64,000 nucleotides of DNA from Promethearchaeota archaeon (GCA_048940925.1 JBHLOC010000019.1:21977-85976); one strand, 5' to 3'; positions 19,507 to 28,687 are shown, counted from the first letter of the stretch. Numbers and translations are program-made. The notes: generated by a model from the sequence alone, not told the origin.

Positions 19507-20877
19507 ATGAAAATCAATTCAACTAATTTAATAGGTTTATTAATAATACTGATCTTAGGAGTTTTGGTTGGGATCCCAACATTCAAAGTAGACAATTCAT
19601 TTAAAAGTTTCAATAAAATAAATCCAAAATTATCAGAACCAAATGAACTATTTAGTCTTGCGTTTTCAGACGGCAGCGAAGTAGATCTAAAGTTATGGGC
19701 TCGAAAGACACGTCCTTTACCAGTGGAAGAATGCCTTGTTGATATTACTCAGATTAGCCCTACACAATATCGTTATAATTTTGAAGATATGCCGGATAAT
19801 CCTGATGATTTTAATGATGTTGTAGTAATCCTTTCTATTATATCTAATAATTCTAATTCTCCTCAAATTAAAATCGAGATCCAATCAAGTTCAACTGCAA
19901 GAGACGATGATTTATTATTAACTTTTAATACTACTTTTGGAATTGATATTATTTATACTGATACATTAACTGGAAAGGGTTATTTAAAAGTATCCACTCA
20001 ACCTTGGTTGATATATCAAGAAGTTGAAGAGAAAGTTGGAAATAATATACTTATTTCGTTGAAGAAATCAAATCCGGGATTTAGTCTTGCATTTTCAGAC
20101 GGCAGCGAAGTAGATCTAAAGTTATGGGCTCGAAAGACACGTCCTTTACCAGTGGAAGAATGCCTTGTTGATATTACTCAGATTAGCCCTACACAATATC
20201 GTTATAATTTTGAAGATATGCCGGATAATCCTGATGATTTTAATGATGTTGTAGTAATCCTTTCTATTATATCTAATAATTCTAATTCTCCTCAAATTAA
20301 AATCGAGATCCAATCAAGTTCAACTGCAAGAGACGATGATTTATTATTAAATTTCTCGACAATTTACGACGTCAATGTGGAATACGTAGATAGTTTTTCT
20401 GGAATAGGTAATTTTAAAATTGAAAATGAATCTTGGTTGATATATCAAGAAGTTGAAGAGAAAGTTGGAAATAATATACTTGTTTCATTACAAAAACCAG
20501 AAATGGTTCCTAATATTACTATTAATACACCTTATAAATATGAAATATTTGGGATTAATGCTCCAAAATATAATATATCAATTGCAGGTTTATATGATAC
20601 TCTCTGGTACACAATTGACGAGGGAATTACCAATTTAACTATAAATCTGTTGACAGGAACAATTGATCAGACTGAATGGGAAAAACTCATGGATGGTATT
20701 GTAAATATAACATTCTATGCAAATAACTCTGAAGGTTTTACTGCGAATGCAAAAGTTATGGTAATTAAACATGTAATGGCGAAGGAGCCACCTGCAATCC
20801 CAGGATATAATTTAATTATATTTATTGGAATATTATCTTTAATAACGTTCCTTATTATAAAGAAAAAAACTACTTAA
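19507..20877 (+). CDS. Cell-surface protein: N-terminal signal/TM, two tandem Ca-binding lectin-like (DUF4114/LecB-like) domains, Ig-like domain, Loki-CTERM-like anchor
   Basis: FEDMPDNPDDFNDVVV twice; PNITINTP...LWYTID Ig-like unit; C-terminal PAIPGYN + TM + KKK. Confidence 0.8.
   Translation: MKINSTNLIGLLIILILGVLVGIPTFKVDNSFKSFNKINPKLSEPNELFSLAFSDGSEVDLKLWARKTRPLPVEECLVDITQISPTQYRYNFEDMPDNPDDFNDVVVILSIISNNSNSPQIKIEIQSSSTARDDDLLLTFNTTFGIDIIYTDTLTGKGYLKVSTQPWLIYQEVEEKVGNNILISLKKSNPGFSLAFSDGSEVDLKLWARKTRPLPVEECLVDITQISPTQYRYNFEDMPDNPDDFNDVVVILSIISNNSNSPQIKIEIQSSSTARDDDLLLNFSTIYDVNVEYVDSFSGIGNFKIENESWLIYQEVEEKVGNNILVSLQKPEMVPNITINTPYKYEIFGINAPKYNISIAGLYDTLWYTIDEGITNLTINLLTGTIDQTEWEKLMDGIVNITFYANNSEGFTANAKVMVIKHVMAKEPPAIPGYNLIIFIGILSLITFLIIKKKTT
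19651..20481 (+). repeat. Intragenic tandem duplication, period 429 bp (143 codons)
   Basis: 19651-19921 vs 20080-20350 identical except one synonymous base; 20003-20052 vs 20432-20481 identical; the 81 bp between these blocks are diverged. Confidence 0.95.
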
Positions 20878-21342
20878 ATTAATGTTAAAATTTATACACT
20901 GTAAAAGATTAAATTATTTCTTTTATTATCTTAATTTTTTTTTTTAATTAGGTAAAAATTTATTAAAACATTAATTTAAAGCGGAAATTCTATTAATAGT
21001 CAAATTTTTACTAAAAAATTCAAATTTAGAATGAAGAAATGAACCGATTAGAAATACAAAAATTAAACTGATTTTTACTCTTTATAAATTCTTAACTCAA
21101 AATTTCACATTTTAATCAAATTAACTAAATTTTGATAAAATTTTATTGAATTGGTATGAACTTAAAATCAGTAATATATATTTAGATAGGATATGGTATA
21201 ATTAAAATAGCTCAAGTTGTTAACTAAAACTAACAGACCCACTACAATCTCAAACACAACTCTTAATAAATTTAACTTTTAGTTTTATATAATTAAGATA
21301 TTATTGGAATAAGTTCTAAATACTTTGATATACAATAGTTAA

Positions 21343-22353
21343 ATGATGAAAGCTGCAATTTATGATGGAAAAGAATTATCCATTAATGAAATTCCTAGAC
21401 CAGAACTTTCAGCAACTCAAGTTCTTATTCAAGTTAAAGCAGTTGGGATATGTGGAACTGATTTAGCTATTATAAATGGTTCATTACCGACACCTACTCC
21501 TATTATTCTTGGTCATGAATTATCTGGGGAAATTCTAGAAATTGGAGATAAAGTTGATCCGAAATGGATTAATAAAAAAGTTACTTGCGAAATTAATAGC
21601 AATATTGATTTTGATTGTTATTATTGCAAGCAGAAGCAATATTCACAATGCATTTCTCGAAAAGCATTAGGAATAGATATTGATGGAGCACTTGCTGAAT
21701 ATATCGCTGTAGAATCTTATCTACTGCACGAAATCGCTGAAAATATTTCATTTGAAGAAGCTACTTTTATCGAACCTTTAGCTGCTGCATATCAAATATT
21801 CGAGATGATGCCACTGGATGAGAATGATAAAATAATAGCAATCTATGGACTTGGTAAATTGGGGATGCTTATAACACAAGTTGCGTTAAAAAAAGGACTA
21901 AAATTGATTGTTGTTGATGGATCTCATGAAAAAATTAATTTAGCAAAAAATTTTGGTGCTCAATTTCAAATAAACAGATTTGATGGTATTAATGTCCCTG
22001 ATTCAATAAAAACTTATACTAATGGTTTAGGAGCTGATATTGTTATCGATGCGACTGGTAACCCTTTAGCTTTAAAGGATGTGATAGCTTCATGTAGAAC
22101 AAGAGGCAAAATCCATGTAAAAAGTACACATGGCGTTGACACACCCATAAATTTAACTGATCTAGTTGTTCGCGAATTGACTCTTTATACAAGTCGTTGT
22201 GGACCATTTAAAAAAGCTATCGAGGGATTAAAATCAGGAGACATAAAAGTTGATAAATTAATTACTAAAAAATTTGACTTAAAAGACATTGAAAAAGCTG
22301 TAAATTTTCATATGAAAAACCCAGAACATATTAAAGCTATTATTCGAATATAA
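21343..22353 (+). CDS. Zinc-dependent alcohol/polyol dehydrogenase (MDR family)
   Basis: GICGTD, ILGHE, structural Zn region CYYC...C, EPLAAA, GLGKLG Rossmann motif. Confidence 0.9.
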   Translation: MMKAAIYDGKELSINEIPRPELSATQVLIQVKAVGICGTDLAIINGSLPTPTPIILGHELSGEILEIGDKVDPKWINKKVTCEINSNIDFDCYYCKQKQYSQCISRKALGIDIDGALAEYIAVESYLLHEIAENISFEEATFIEPLAAAYQIFEMMPLDENDKIIAIYGLGKLGMLITQVALKKGLKLIVVDGSHEKINLAKNFGAQFQINRFDGINVPDSIKTYTNGLGADIVIDATGNPLALKDVIASCRTRGKIHVKSTHGVDTPINLTDLVVRELTLYTSRCGPFKKAIEGLKSGDIKVDKLITKKFDLKDIEKAVNFHMKNPEHIKAIIRI

Positions 22354-22386
22354 ATCATATATTGAGTATTTATAGATAAGATTAAA

Positions 22387-24183
22387 TTGCAATCAAGTGA
22401 AAATATTTCAGAAGAAGAAGTTATAAAAGAAGAAATTAAATTTCAATATTTTTGGTATTTGTTTGTGTTTTTTTCAATATATTTAATTTCATTAATCATC
22501 CCTGCTATTTTATTTATAGCTTATATCTTTTTGTTCTTTTTACCCTATTTTTTAGAAATTTCAAATTTTTTTGCAATTTTTACCGAATTTAAATCCCTTA
22601 TAGCATTAATTTCCATGCCCATTGTTATTATTGGTTGTTACCTTATCCGATTATTTTTCGTAGGCTTAATTACGCGTGGTTTTTGGAGTCTTAGTGAAAA
22701 AAAATCACCAAGTAAAAATGGTATCATACCACGAAACATCCCAAGTAAAACATTGAATTATTATCACATAAGAAGCTTTATGATCAAATATGGAAAAAAC
22801 TCTTTTACAAAAGGAGCTTTTCCTTGGCTCTCTAATTGGTTTTTTAACTTTGTAGGGTCAAGTAAGATTGGAAAGGGAACAACATTAGAAGAAAGTATAG
22901 TGAATGATAAATTCATAAATGTAGGTAAAAACTGTTATTTTGGAGTAAATTCTGCCTTAGCAAGCCATATGGTTGATGGAACCTTTGGAAACATTAATTA
23001 TTTCAAGATAAACATAGGAAATAATGTTACAAGTGCAGGATTAAACCTAATTGCAGCAGGATCTGAGGTACGTGATAATTCATATTTACTTCCACTAGCT
23101 TCAACTGCAAAACATAGTATACTTAAAGGAGGTAATTACTATTGGGGATTACCATTAAGAAAAATATTTAGAAGAAAAATCTTGAAATTTCTTGACTTAA
23201 CTCCTAAGAATTTAGAGATAAATGAAAATATTGAGGGATATAAAGATAAACATTTATTAAAAGAGTTAAAAACTAAGAAAATTTTAGCCCAATCTATTAA
23301 AAAGTTAGGAAATAACCAATTTCAAAATAATCTTCATGAGGAAAAAATCGATTTGAATAATTTAACAGAAAAAGATTTAGCAATTGATTTCACAACAAGT
23401 AGCGCAATTGCGAGAATAAACATAAAATTCTTAGCAGTTTATATTCCAATTTTCTGGTTATCTGGCATGATAATCACCATTATTTTTTATACCTTTACGT
23501 ACTATGTCCAGAATATGGTTTTAATGGCTTTTTTACTTCCAGCAATGTTAATATTCATGTGGTTTATTTTTATATTAGGTTGTTTTTTCTTTAGTAAACT
23601 GTTTTTAATTCTAATTAATTTAATTCATAAACCAAAAGAAGGTATATTTAAAGCAGAGATTGGAGATACTGATTTTGAGTTTTGGTGCTTAAGAACTGAA
23701 TTAAAAAAAATTGTCTTATGGCTTATAAGAAATTGGCCTCTTCCTTGGATGGATATATTGGCTTTCAAATGGTTTGGAGTAAAGATGACTTTATCAAGTT
23801 CTTTATATGATTCTTGGTGTGATGGAGAATTTATTACCTTTGGTAGACGGGTACTTTTAGGTCAAGGTGCTACTATCATGTCGAGTATGGTAGTTGGTCG
23901 ATATTTATTCATAAAGAATGTAATATGCGGTGATTATTCACTTATCGGCGGACACACCACTATCGCACCAGGAACAGTAATTGGGGAAGATACTTTTGTC
24001 AGTGCTATTTCGAATACATTATATAATCAAATTCTTGAACCTGGATGGATCTATATGGGAATACCAGTCGTTAAACTTAAAGAAAATAAATATGCTAAAG
24101 AAAGAAGAGATATAATAATGAAAAGAGATGTAGATAAAGAGCAAAAGTTCGAAGTTGAACATGAAGTAAACATTGATAAATAA
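22387..24183 (+). CDS. Fused A+B membrane LbH acyltransferase-like protein (cluster 2; no C gene follows)
   Basis: N half matches 13878..14804 (GIIPRNIPSKTLN, ASHMVDG); C half matches 14797..15693 (IDFTTSSAI, HKPKEG); ends VNIDK*, slightly short of paralogs. Confidence 0.82.
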   Translation: MQSSENISEEEVIKEEIKFQYFWYLFVFFSIYLISLIIPAILFIAYIFLFFLPYFLEISNFFAIFTEFKSLIALISMPIVIIGCYLIRLFFVGLITRGFWSLSEKKSPSKNGIIPRNIPSKTLNYYHIRSFMIKYGKNSFTKGAFPWLSNWFFNFVGSSKIGKGTTLEESIVNDKFINVGKNCYFGVNSALASHMVDGTFGNINYFKINIGNNVTSAGLNLIAAGSEVRDNSYLLPLASTAKHSILKGGNYYWGLPLRKIFRRKILKFLDLTPKNLEINENIEGYKDKHLLKELKTKKILAQSIKKLGNNQFQNNLHEEKIDLNNLTEKDLAIDFTTSSAIARINIKFLAVYIPIFWLSGMIITIIFYTFTYYVQNMVLMAFLLPAMLIFMWFIFILGCFFFSKLFLILINLIHKPKEGIFKAEIGDTDFEFWCLRTELKKIVLWLIRNWPLPWMDILAFKWFGVKMTLSSSLYDSWCDGEFITFGRRVLLGQGATIMSSMVVGRYLFIKNVICGDYSLIGGHTTIAPGTVIGEDTFVSAISNTLYNQILEPGWIYMGIPVVKLKENKYAKERRDIIMKRDVDKEQKFEVEHEVNIDK

Positions 24184-24213
24184 TAAATAGATTGGTTAAA
24201 ATCCTATCACATT

Positions 24214-24609
24214 TCATTTTATGGTCAAGTGTAATTCTATTTTTAAGAAATTTTTTAACCTTTTACAATTTTTTTTAAATTCTTGCTTATCCTGATAAAA
24301 GAGATTAAGTCTAGGACAATCTTTATCAAAAGTACAAATATTCTGGGTGACATCATAGATTAAAGGATAAAATTTACACCCTTGGGGTCGATATTCATAA
24401 ATCATACACTTTTTAGAAAAAAAGTCTAAAAACACGCAGTGATTTGCAGAATTTTTTAACTGTAAAAATCCTTTTTTGTTTTTAAAGAGAAAATCCTTTC
24501 TTTTTATTTTCTTAGGAAAGTTTTTGATTATTAGATCAACATCTTGTTGAGATAATATCATTTCTGTCCTAATACAACATTCTCCACAATTCGCACATTT
24601 GTTGACCAT
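24214..24609 (-). CDS. YkgJ/UPF0153 CxxCxxCC cysteine-cluster protein
   Basis: CANCGECC...CVFL...CMIYEYRPQGCKFYP...CP. Confidence 0.88.
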   Translation of the reverse strand: MVNKCANCGECCIRTEMILSQQDVDLIIKNFPKKIKRKDFLFKNKKGFLQLKNSANHCVFLDFFSKKCMIYEYRPQGCKFYPLIYDVTQNICTFDKDCPRLNLFYQDKQEFKKNCKRLKNFLKIELHLTIK

Positions 24610-24742
24610 AGTAAATTAGTATTTTTGTTTAAATCTCATAAATTTTAAAGGAAGAAAAATATCTATTAAAGTATAATAAGCATCATTTACTTTTTAATAG
24701 GGTAAAAATTACAGAAAAGTAACGATAAAATTTCATTAAACC

Positions 24743-26623
24743 ATGAATGAGGATATAAAAGAAACTGAACTGTTAAATTTTAATGAAAATAACAATGAAA
24801 TTTTAAAAGAAGAAATTAGTCTACAATTTCATTTATATATTTTAATTTTTGCTATAATTTATTATATTTCATGGGTAATACCTGGATTTGTATTTTGGTT
24901 ATACTTTATGATACCTTTCCGTATTTACTTCTTAGAAAATCTAAATTTTGTATCAATTTTTACTAATTTTAATTCACTAATAACACTTTTAATCATGCCA
25001 ATTATCCTTATTGGTTGTTATTTACTTCATCTATTTTTAATCGGTTTAACTACTCGAATTATTTGGAAAATTACTGAAAAAATTTCGCCATCAAAATCAG
25101 GAGTAATCCCTAGAAATATAAGAAGTAGAGCAGCAAATTATTATCACATCAGGAGTTTTATGATAAAGTATGGTAAAAACACTTTTACAAAAGGTATCTT
25201 TCCTTGGCTCTCTAATTGGTTTTTTAATTTGGTAGGATCAAACAAAATCGGTAAAGGTACAACTTTAGAAGAATCTGTTGGTAATGACAAATTTATTAAT
25301 ATTGGAGAAAACTGTTATATAGGAGTAAATTCTACTTTAGCCAGTCATTTAATCCAAGGAATTTTTGGAAATATTTCTTATTTCAAAATAAATGTAGGAA
25401 ATAACGTGACTACAGCTGTAATGAACCAAATCGGTCCAGGAACAGAACTTCATGATAATTCCTTTTTATTACCGTTAGCTTCTACCAGCAAACATAGCAT
25501 AGCGAAAGGAGGTAAAAACTACTATTTTGGAATTCCTTTTAGAAAAATCTTCAGAAAAAAAATTATAAAGTATCTGGATATTACTCCAAAAGATTTAGAA
25601 ATAAATGAAAACATTGAAGGTTATAAAGACAAGGCACTTTTAAAAAAGATAAAGAAGAAAAATGATGTAAAGAAAAAAGTTGATTCTGCTCCTGAAAAAA
25701 GTTTGAGAGGTAATGAATCTAAAGTAGAAAAAGTAAATTATTCTGATTTATCAGAAGAAGATTTAACAATTGATTTTGCTACAAGCTCTGCAATAAGTAG
25801 GATTAACATAAAGTTTTTAGCAGTCTATTTACCAATTTTATGGCTAGCAGGGCTACTTGCTACTATAATTTGGTATTGGTATTCAGAAGATGTAATGAGT
25901 TCAATGAAATTTCAATGGGCATTTTTTCTTTTCTTTCCATTTATATTATTTGGTTTGATCTATATCTTTATTATTGGATGTCTTCTTTTTAGTAAATTAT
26001 TTTTAATGTTAATTAATCTTATTCATAAACCGAAAGAAGGAGTTTTTAAAGCAGAAATAGGAAATACTGATTTTGAATTTTGGATGTTAAGAACTGAGTT
26101 AAAGAAAATTGGGTTATGGTTTATGAGAAATTCTCCCTTACCTTGGACTGATGTAGTGACCTTAAAATTAATGGGCGTTAACATGGATTTCTCAAGCCAT
26201 TTACCAGACGCATGGTGTGATGCCGAATTCATCAAATTTGGACGCAAGAATCTAATTGGTCAGGGAGCTTTAATAATGTCGAGTATGGTAATTGGCCGAT
26301 ATTTAATAATAAAGCAGGTATTTTTAGATGATTATGTAATGGTTGGAGGTCACACAACTATTTCTCCAGGTACATTAATAGGTAAAGAATCTGTGATAGG
26401 TGCACTTAGTTCTACAACTCTTAATCAAGTTTTAGATCCTAAGTGGGTTTATTTTGGATTTCCAGCAATTAAGCTTAAAGAGAACAAATATGCTGAGGAG
26501 AGGAGAGATATTATATTCAAACGTGATGTAGATGAAGCGAAAAAATTTGAAACAATTCACGCAGTTAATATTGATGAAGATAAAAAAAGATTAATTAAAA
26601 TAGAAAATGAGGAGGAAAAATAA
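24743..26623 (+). CDS. Fused A+B membrane LbH acyltransferase-like protein (cluster 3)
   Basis: Collinear with 22387..24183 (ASHLIQG, LEINENIEGYKDK, IDFATSSAI). Confidence 0.82.
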   Translation: MNEDIKETELLNFNENNNEILKEEISLQFHLYILIFAIIYYISWVIPGFVFWLYFMIPFRIYFLENLNFVSIFTNFNSLITLLIMPIILIGCYLLHLFLIGLTTRIIWKITEKISPSKSGVIPRNIRSRAANYYHIRSFMIKYGKNTFTKGIFPWLSNWFFNLVGSNKIGKGTTLEESVGNDKFINIGENCYIGVNSTLASHLIQGIFGNISYFKINVGNNVTTAVMNQIGPGTELHDNSFLLPLASTSKHSIAKGGKNYYFGIPFRKIFRKKIIKYLDITPKDLEINENIEGYKDKALLKKIKKKNDVKKKVDSAPEKSLRGNESKVEKVNYSDLSEEDLTIDFATSSAISRINIKFLAVYLPILWLAGLLATIIWYWYSEDVMSSMKFQWAFFLFFPFILFGLIYIFIIGCLLFSKLFLMLINLIHKPKEGVFKAEIGNTDFEFWMLRTELKKIGLWFMRNSPLPWTDVVTLKLMGVNMDFSSHLPDAWCDAEFIKFGRKNLIGQGALIMSSMVIGRYLIIKQVFLDDYVMVGGHTTISPGTLIGKESVIGALSSTTLNQVLDPKWVYFGFPAIKLKENKYAEERRDIIFKRDVDEAKKFETIHAVNIDEDKKRLIKIENEEEK

Positions 26624-27570
26624 TGTCAGTTCCTAATACTATGCGTGTAGGACCTTTTTGTCCTACTGTTCTTGTAAAAAAGCGCTATTTAATATTCTAT
26701 TTTTTTCTTATATGGATAAGTATAATTCCGTTACTTTTGGAATTTTGGGTTTATTGGAGGTTATTATGGAATTATGAGAGACCAATTCATTTTTATACCT
26801 TTCTTCCACTTCTTTTCTTTGGTATGTATGTATCCATCGTCTTCTTTTCTATATTTTTTGCAAAAATCTTATTAATTATAGTTAATGCATTCCATAAACC
26901 TCGAGAAGGTATATTTTTACGGCTTCCAGAAGATAAGGATTATAGGTATTGGAGTCTTCGTAGTACGATTAAAAGATGGCCAGTATGGCTTGCACATAAA
27001 TTTCCTTTTCCTTTCTTAGATAATATTTGCTTTAAGGCTTTTGGTGTGAAAACGAAATTTTCAAACTCACTCTTTGAAGGATGGGTGGATACTGAATTTA
27101 TAGAATTTGGTAAGGATGTTGTAATCGGTCAAGGTGCTATTGTCCAATCTGCAGTAATAATTGGAAATTTACTGATAATTAGAAAAACAGTTATAGAAGA
27201 TAGTGTGAGAATAGGTTCTCATGCAATAGTTATGCCAGGAACTCATATAGGTAAGAATTCAATACTAGCGGCAAATTCAGTAACTACTGTAGGGCAAACT
27301 TTAGAAAGAATGTGGGTATATGTTGGTATTCCAGCAAAAAAATTTAAAAAAAATTATTTTTTTGAAGATGGATTGGAGGATAAGATAGGGCAGGTTGAAG
27401 ATGTTGAAGCTTTAAGAAAAAAATATGAAGAAATCTATACAAAGCGTTATGATGAGTTGACTCTTAAAGAACGTAGAGAACTTAAAAAAGAAAAGAAAGA
27501 AAAAGAAAAGAAGAGATTTGATGCTGAAACAGAGGAATGGGAAGAATTTGATGATGGTTTTAATATATAA
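26623..27570 (+). CDS. Subunit C membrane LbH acyltransferase-like protein (cluster 3)
   Basis: TAATG coupling to upstream gene; collinear with 15700..16548 (MSVP, DYRYWSLRS, HKFPFPF.DNIC, SLFEG..DTEFIEFG). Confidence 0.82.
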   Translation: MSVPNTMRVGPFCPTVLVKKRYLIFYFFLIWISIIPLLLEFWVYWRLLWNYERPIHFYTFLPLLFFGMYVSIVFFSIFFAKILLIIVNAFHKPREGIFLRLPEDKDYRYWSLRSTIKRWPVWLAHKFPFPFLDNICFKAFGVKTKFSNSLFEGWVDTEFIEFGKDVVIGQGAIVQSAVIIGNLLIIRKTVIEDSVRIGSHAIVMPGTHIGKNSILAANSVTTVGQTLERMWVYVGIPAKKFKKNYFFEDGLEDKIGQVEDVEALRKKYEEIYTKRYDELTLKERRELKKEKKEKEKKRFDAETEEWEEFDDGFNI

Positions 27571-27602
27571 CAGAAATATTATGATTTAATTAACTAAATC
27601 AA

Positions 27603-28316
27603 TCAATTTTCTTTTAAGATAAAATAAATTCTTCTATTATTCTTTCCTTTATTTACTGTCTTAATAAGTTCTATTTTACCGATTTCTTTAAGGTGGTTAA
27701 TGTGAGTACCCCCATCAACTTGTTCATCGATATCTCCAATTCTCACAATACGGAATTCTTTAATATTTTCAGGTAATCCTATTGCTAAGCGAGCTAATTC
27801 AGGTTTCCCTAACACTTCTTCTCTTGACATATAATCTATTGTAATTGGTAAATCTTGTTCAATAATATTGTTTGCTTCATCTATAAAAGCACTTAATTTT
27901 TCAGGAGAATAATCCTGCATTGAGAAATCCATTCTAGTTTTATCAAGGTCTATTTGATTCCCAGTAATTTTTGCATTGGCTCTTCTATAAAGAATATTTG
28001 AAATAAGATGGGAAGCTGTATGATATCGCATGTATGTATATCTTCTTTCCCAATCAAGTTCACAAGATACTTTATCTCCTTCTTTTAATCCAGGTTTATC
28101 AACTTCATGGCTAATATCCCCTGAGAATTTTCCAACATATACAACTTTGTATTTTTCATTACCCTTGAAAAGATACCCCTCATCCCATGGTTGACCTCCT
28201 CCTTTCGGATAAAAAGCAGTGTTATCAAGTGTGATATATTTTCCATCTTTAACACTCTTAACTTTAGCATCAAATTTTTTAAGATATGAATCATCCATAT
28301 ATAATGCTCTTACCAT
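27603..28316 (-). CDS. alaXM: Alanyl-tRNA editing protein AlaX-M
   Basis: TAFYPKGGGQP.D.G, MRYHTASH, VDGGTH, NKGKNNRR; 237 aa. Confidence 0.9.
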   Translation of the reverse strand: MVRALYMDDSYLKKFDAKVKSVKDGKYITLDNTAFYPKGGGQPWDEGYLFKGNEKYKVVYVGKFSGDISHEVDKPGLKEGDKVSCELDWERRYTYMRYHTASHLISNILYRRANAKITGNQIDLDKTRMDFSMQDYSPEKLSAFIDEANNIIEQDLPITIDYMSREEVLGKPELARLAIGLPENIKEFRIVRIGDIDEQVDGGTHINHLKEIGKIELIKTVNKGKNNRRIYFILKEN

Positions 28317-28354
28317 AAAGAGTAAAAAGGTAAATAAATTTAAAATTTTAACCT

Positions 28355-28507
28355 TTAATCCTTTTCATGAATTTCAGAAGGCTTAACGCCATCAAATAAT
28401 TCTAATTTCAAAAATTTTAAATATTTTTTACATTGGGGGCAATAATAGTATCCTTGCTCCCTATTTTCAAAAGAAAAACCACATTCCATACATACTGCGT
28501 AAAACAT
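28355..28507 (-). CDS. Small zinc-ribbon protein (50 aa; not in ORF track), paralog 2
   Basis: MFYAVCMECGFSFENREQGYYYCPQCKKYLKFLKLELFDGVKPSEIHEKD*. Confidence 0.75.
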   Translation of the reverse strand: MFYAVCMECGFSFENREQGYYYCPQCKKYLKFLKLELFDGVKPSEIHEKD

Positions 28508-28534
28508 GATATAAAAAGAAATATGTGTTATTAT

Positions 28535-28687
28535 TTAATTTCCATCATAAAGTTCACTTGGTTTTGTACCACAAAAAACCTTAAATTTAATAACTTTATC
28601 TTGTTTTTGGCATTGTGGACAATAATATAAGCCAGATTGTTTATTTTCAATAGAATATCCGTATTTTTTACAAAGAATAACAATCAT
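28535..28687 (-). CDS. Small zinc-ribbon-like protein (50 aa; not in ORF track), paralog 1
   Basis: MIVILCKKYGYSIENKQSGLYYCPQCQKQDKVIKFKVFCGTKPSELYDGN*; same length and register as 28355..28507. Confidence 0.7.
   Translation of the reverse strand: MIVILCKKYGYSIENKQSGLYYCPQCQKQDKVIKFKVFCGTKPSELYDGN

Noticed and set aside
19651-20481. DGR template/variable repeat pair or CRISPR-like repeat
   Set aside because: Both copies are in frame within one gene, the differences are not adenine-specific, and no reverse transcriptase or cas gene is in the window
28433-28630. Plus-strand 65-aa ORF
   Set aside because: It is the shadow of the two minus-strand zinc-ribbon ORFs, which have mutual homology
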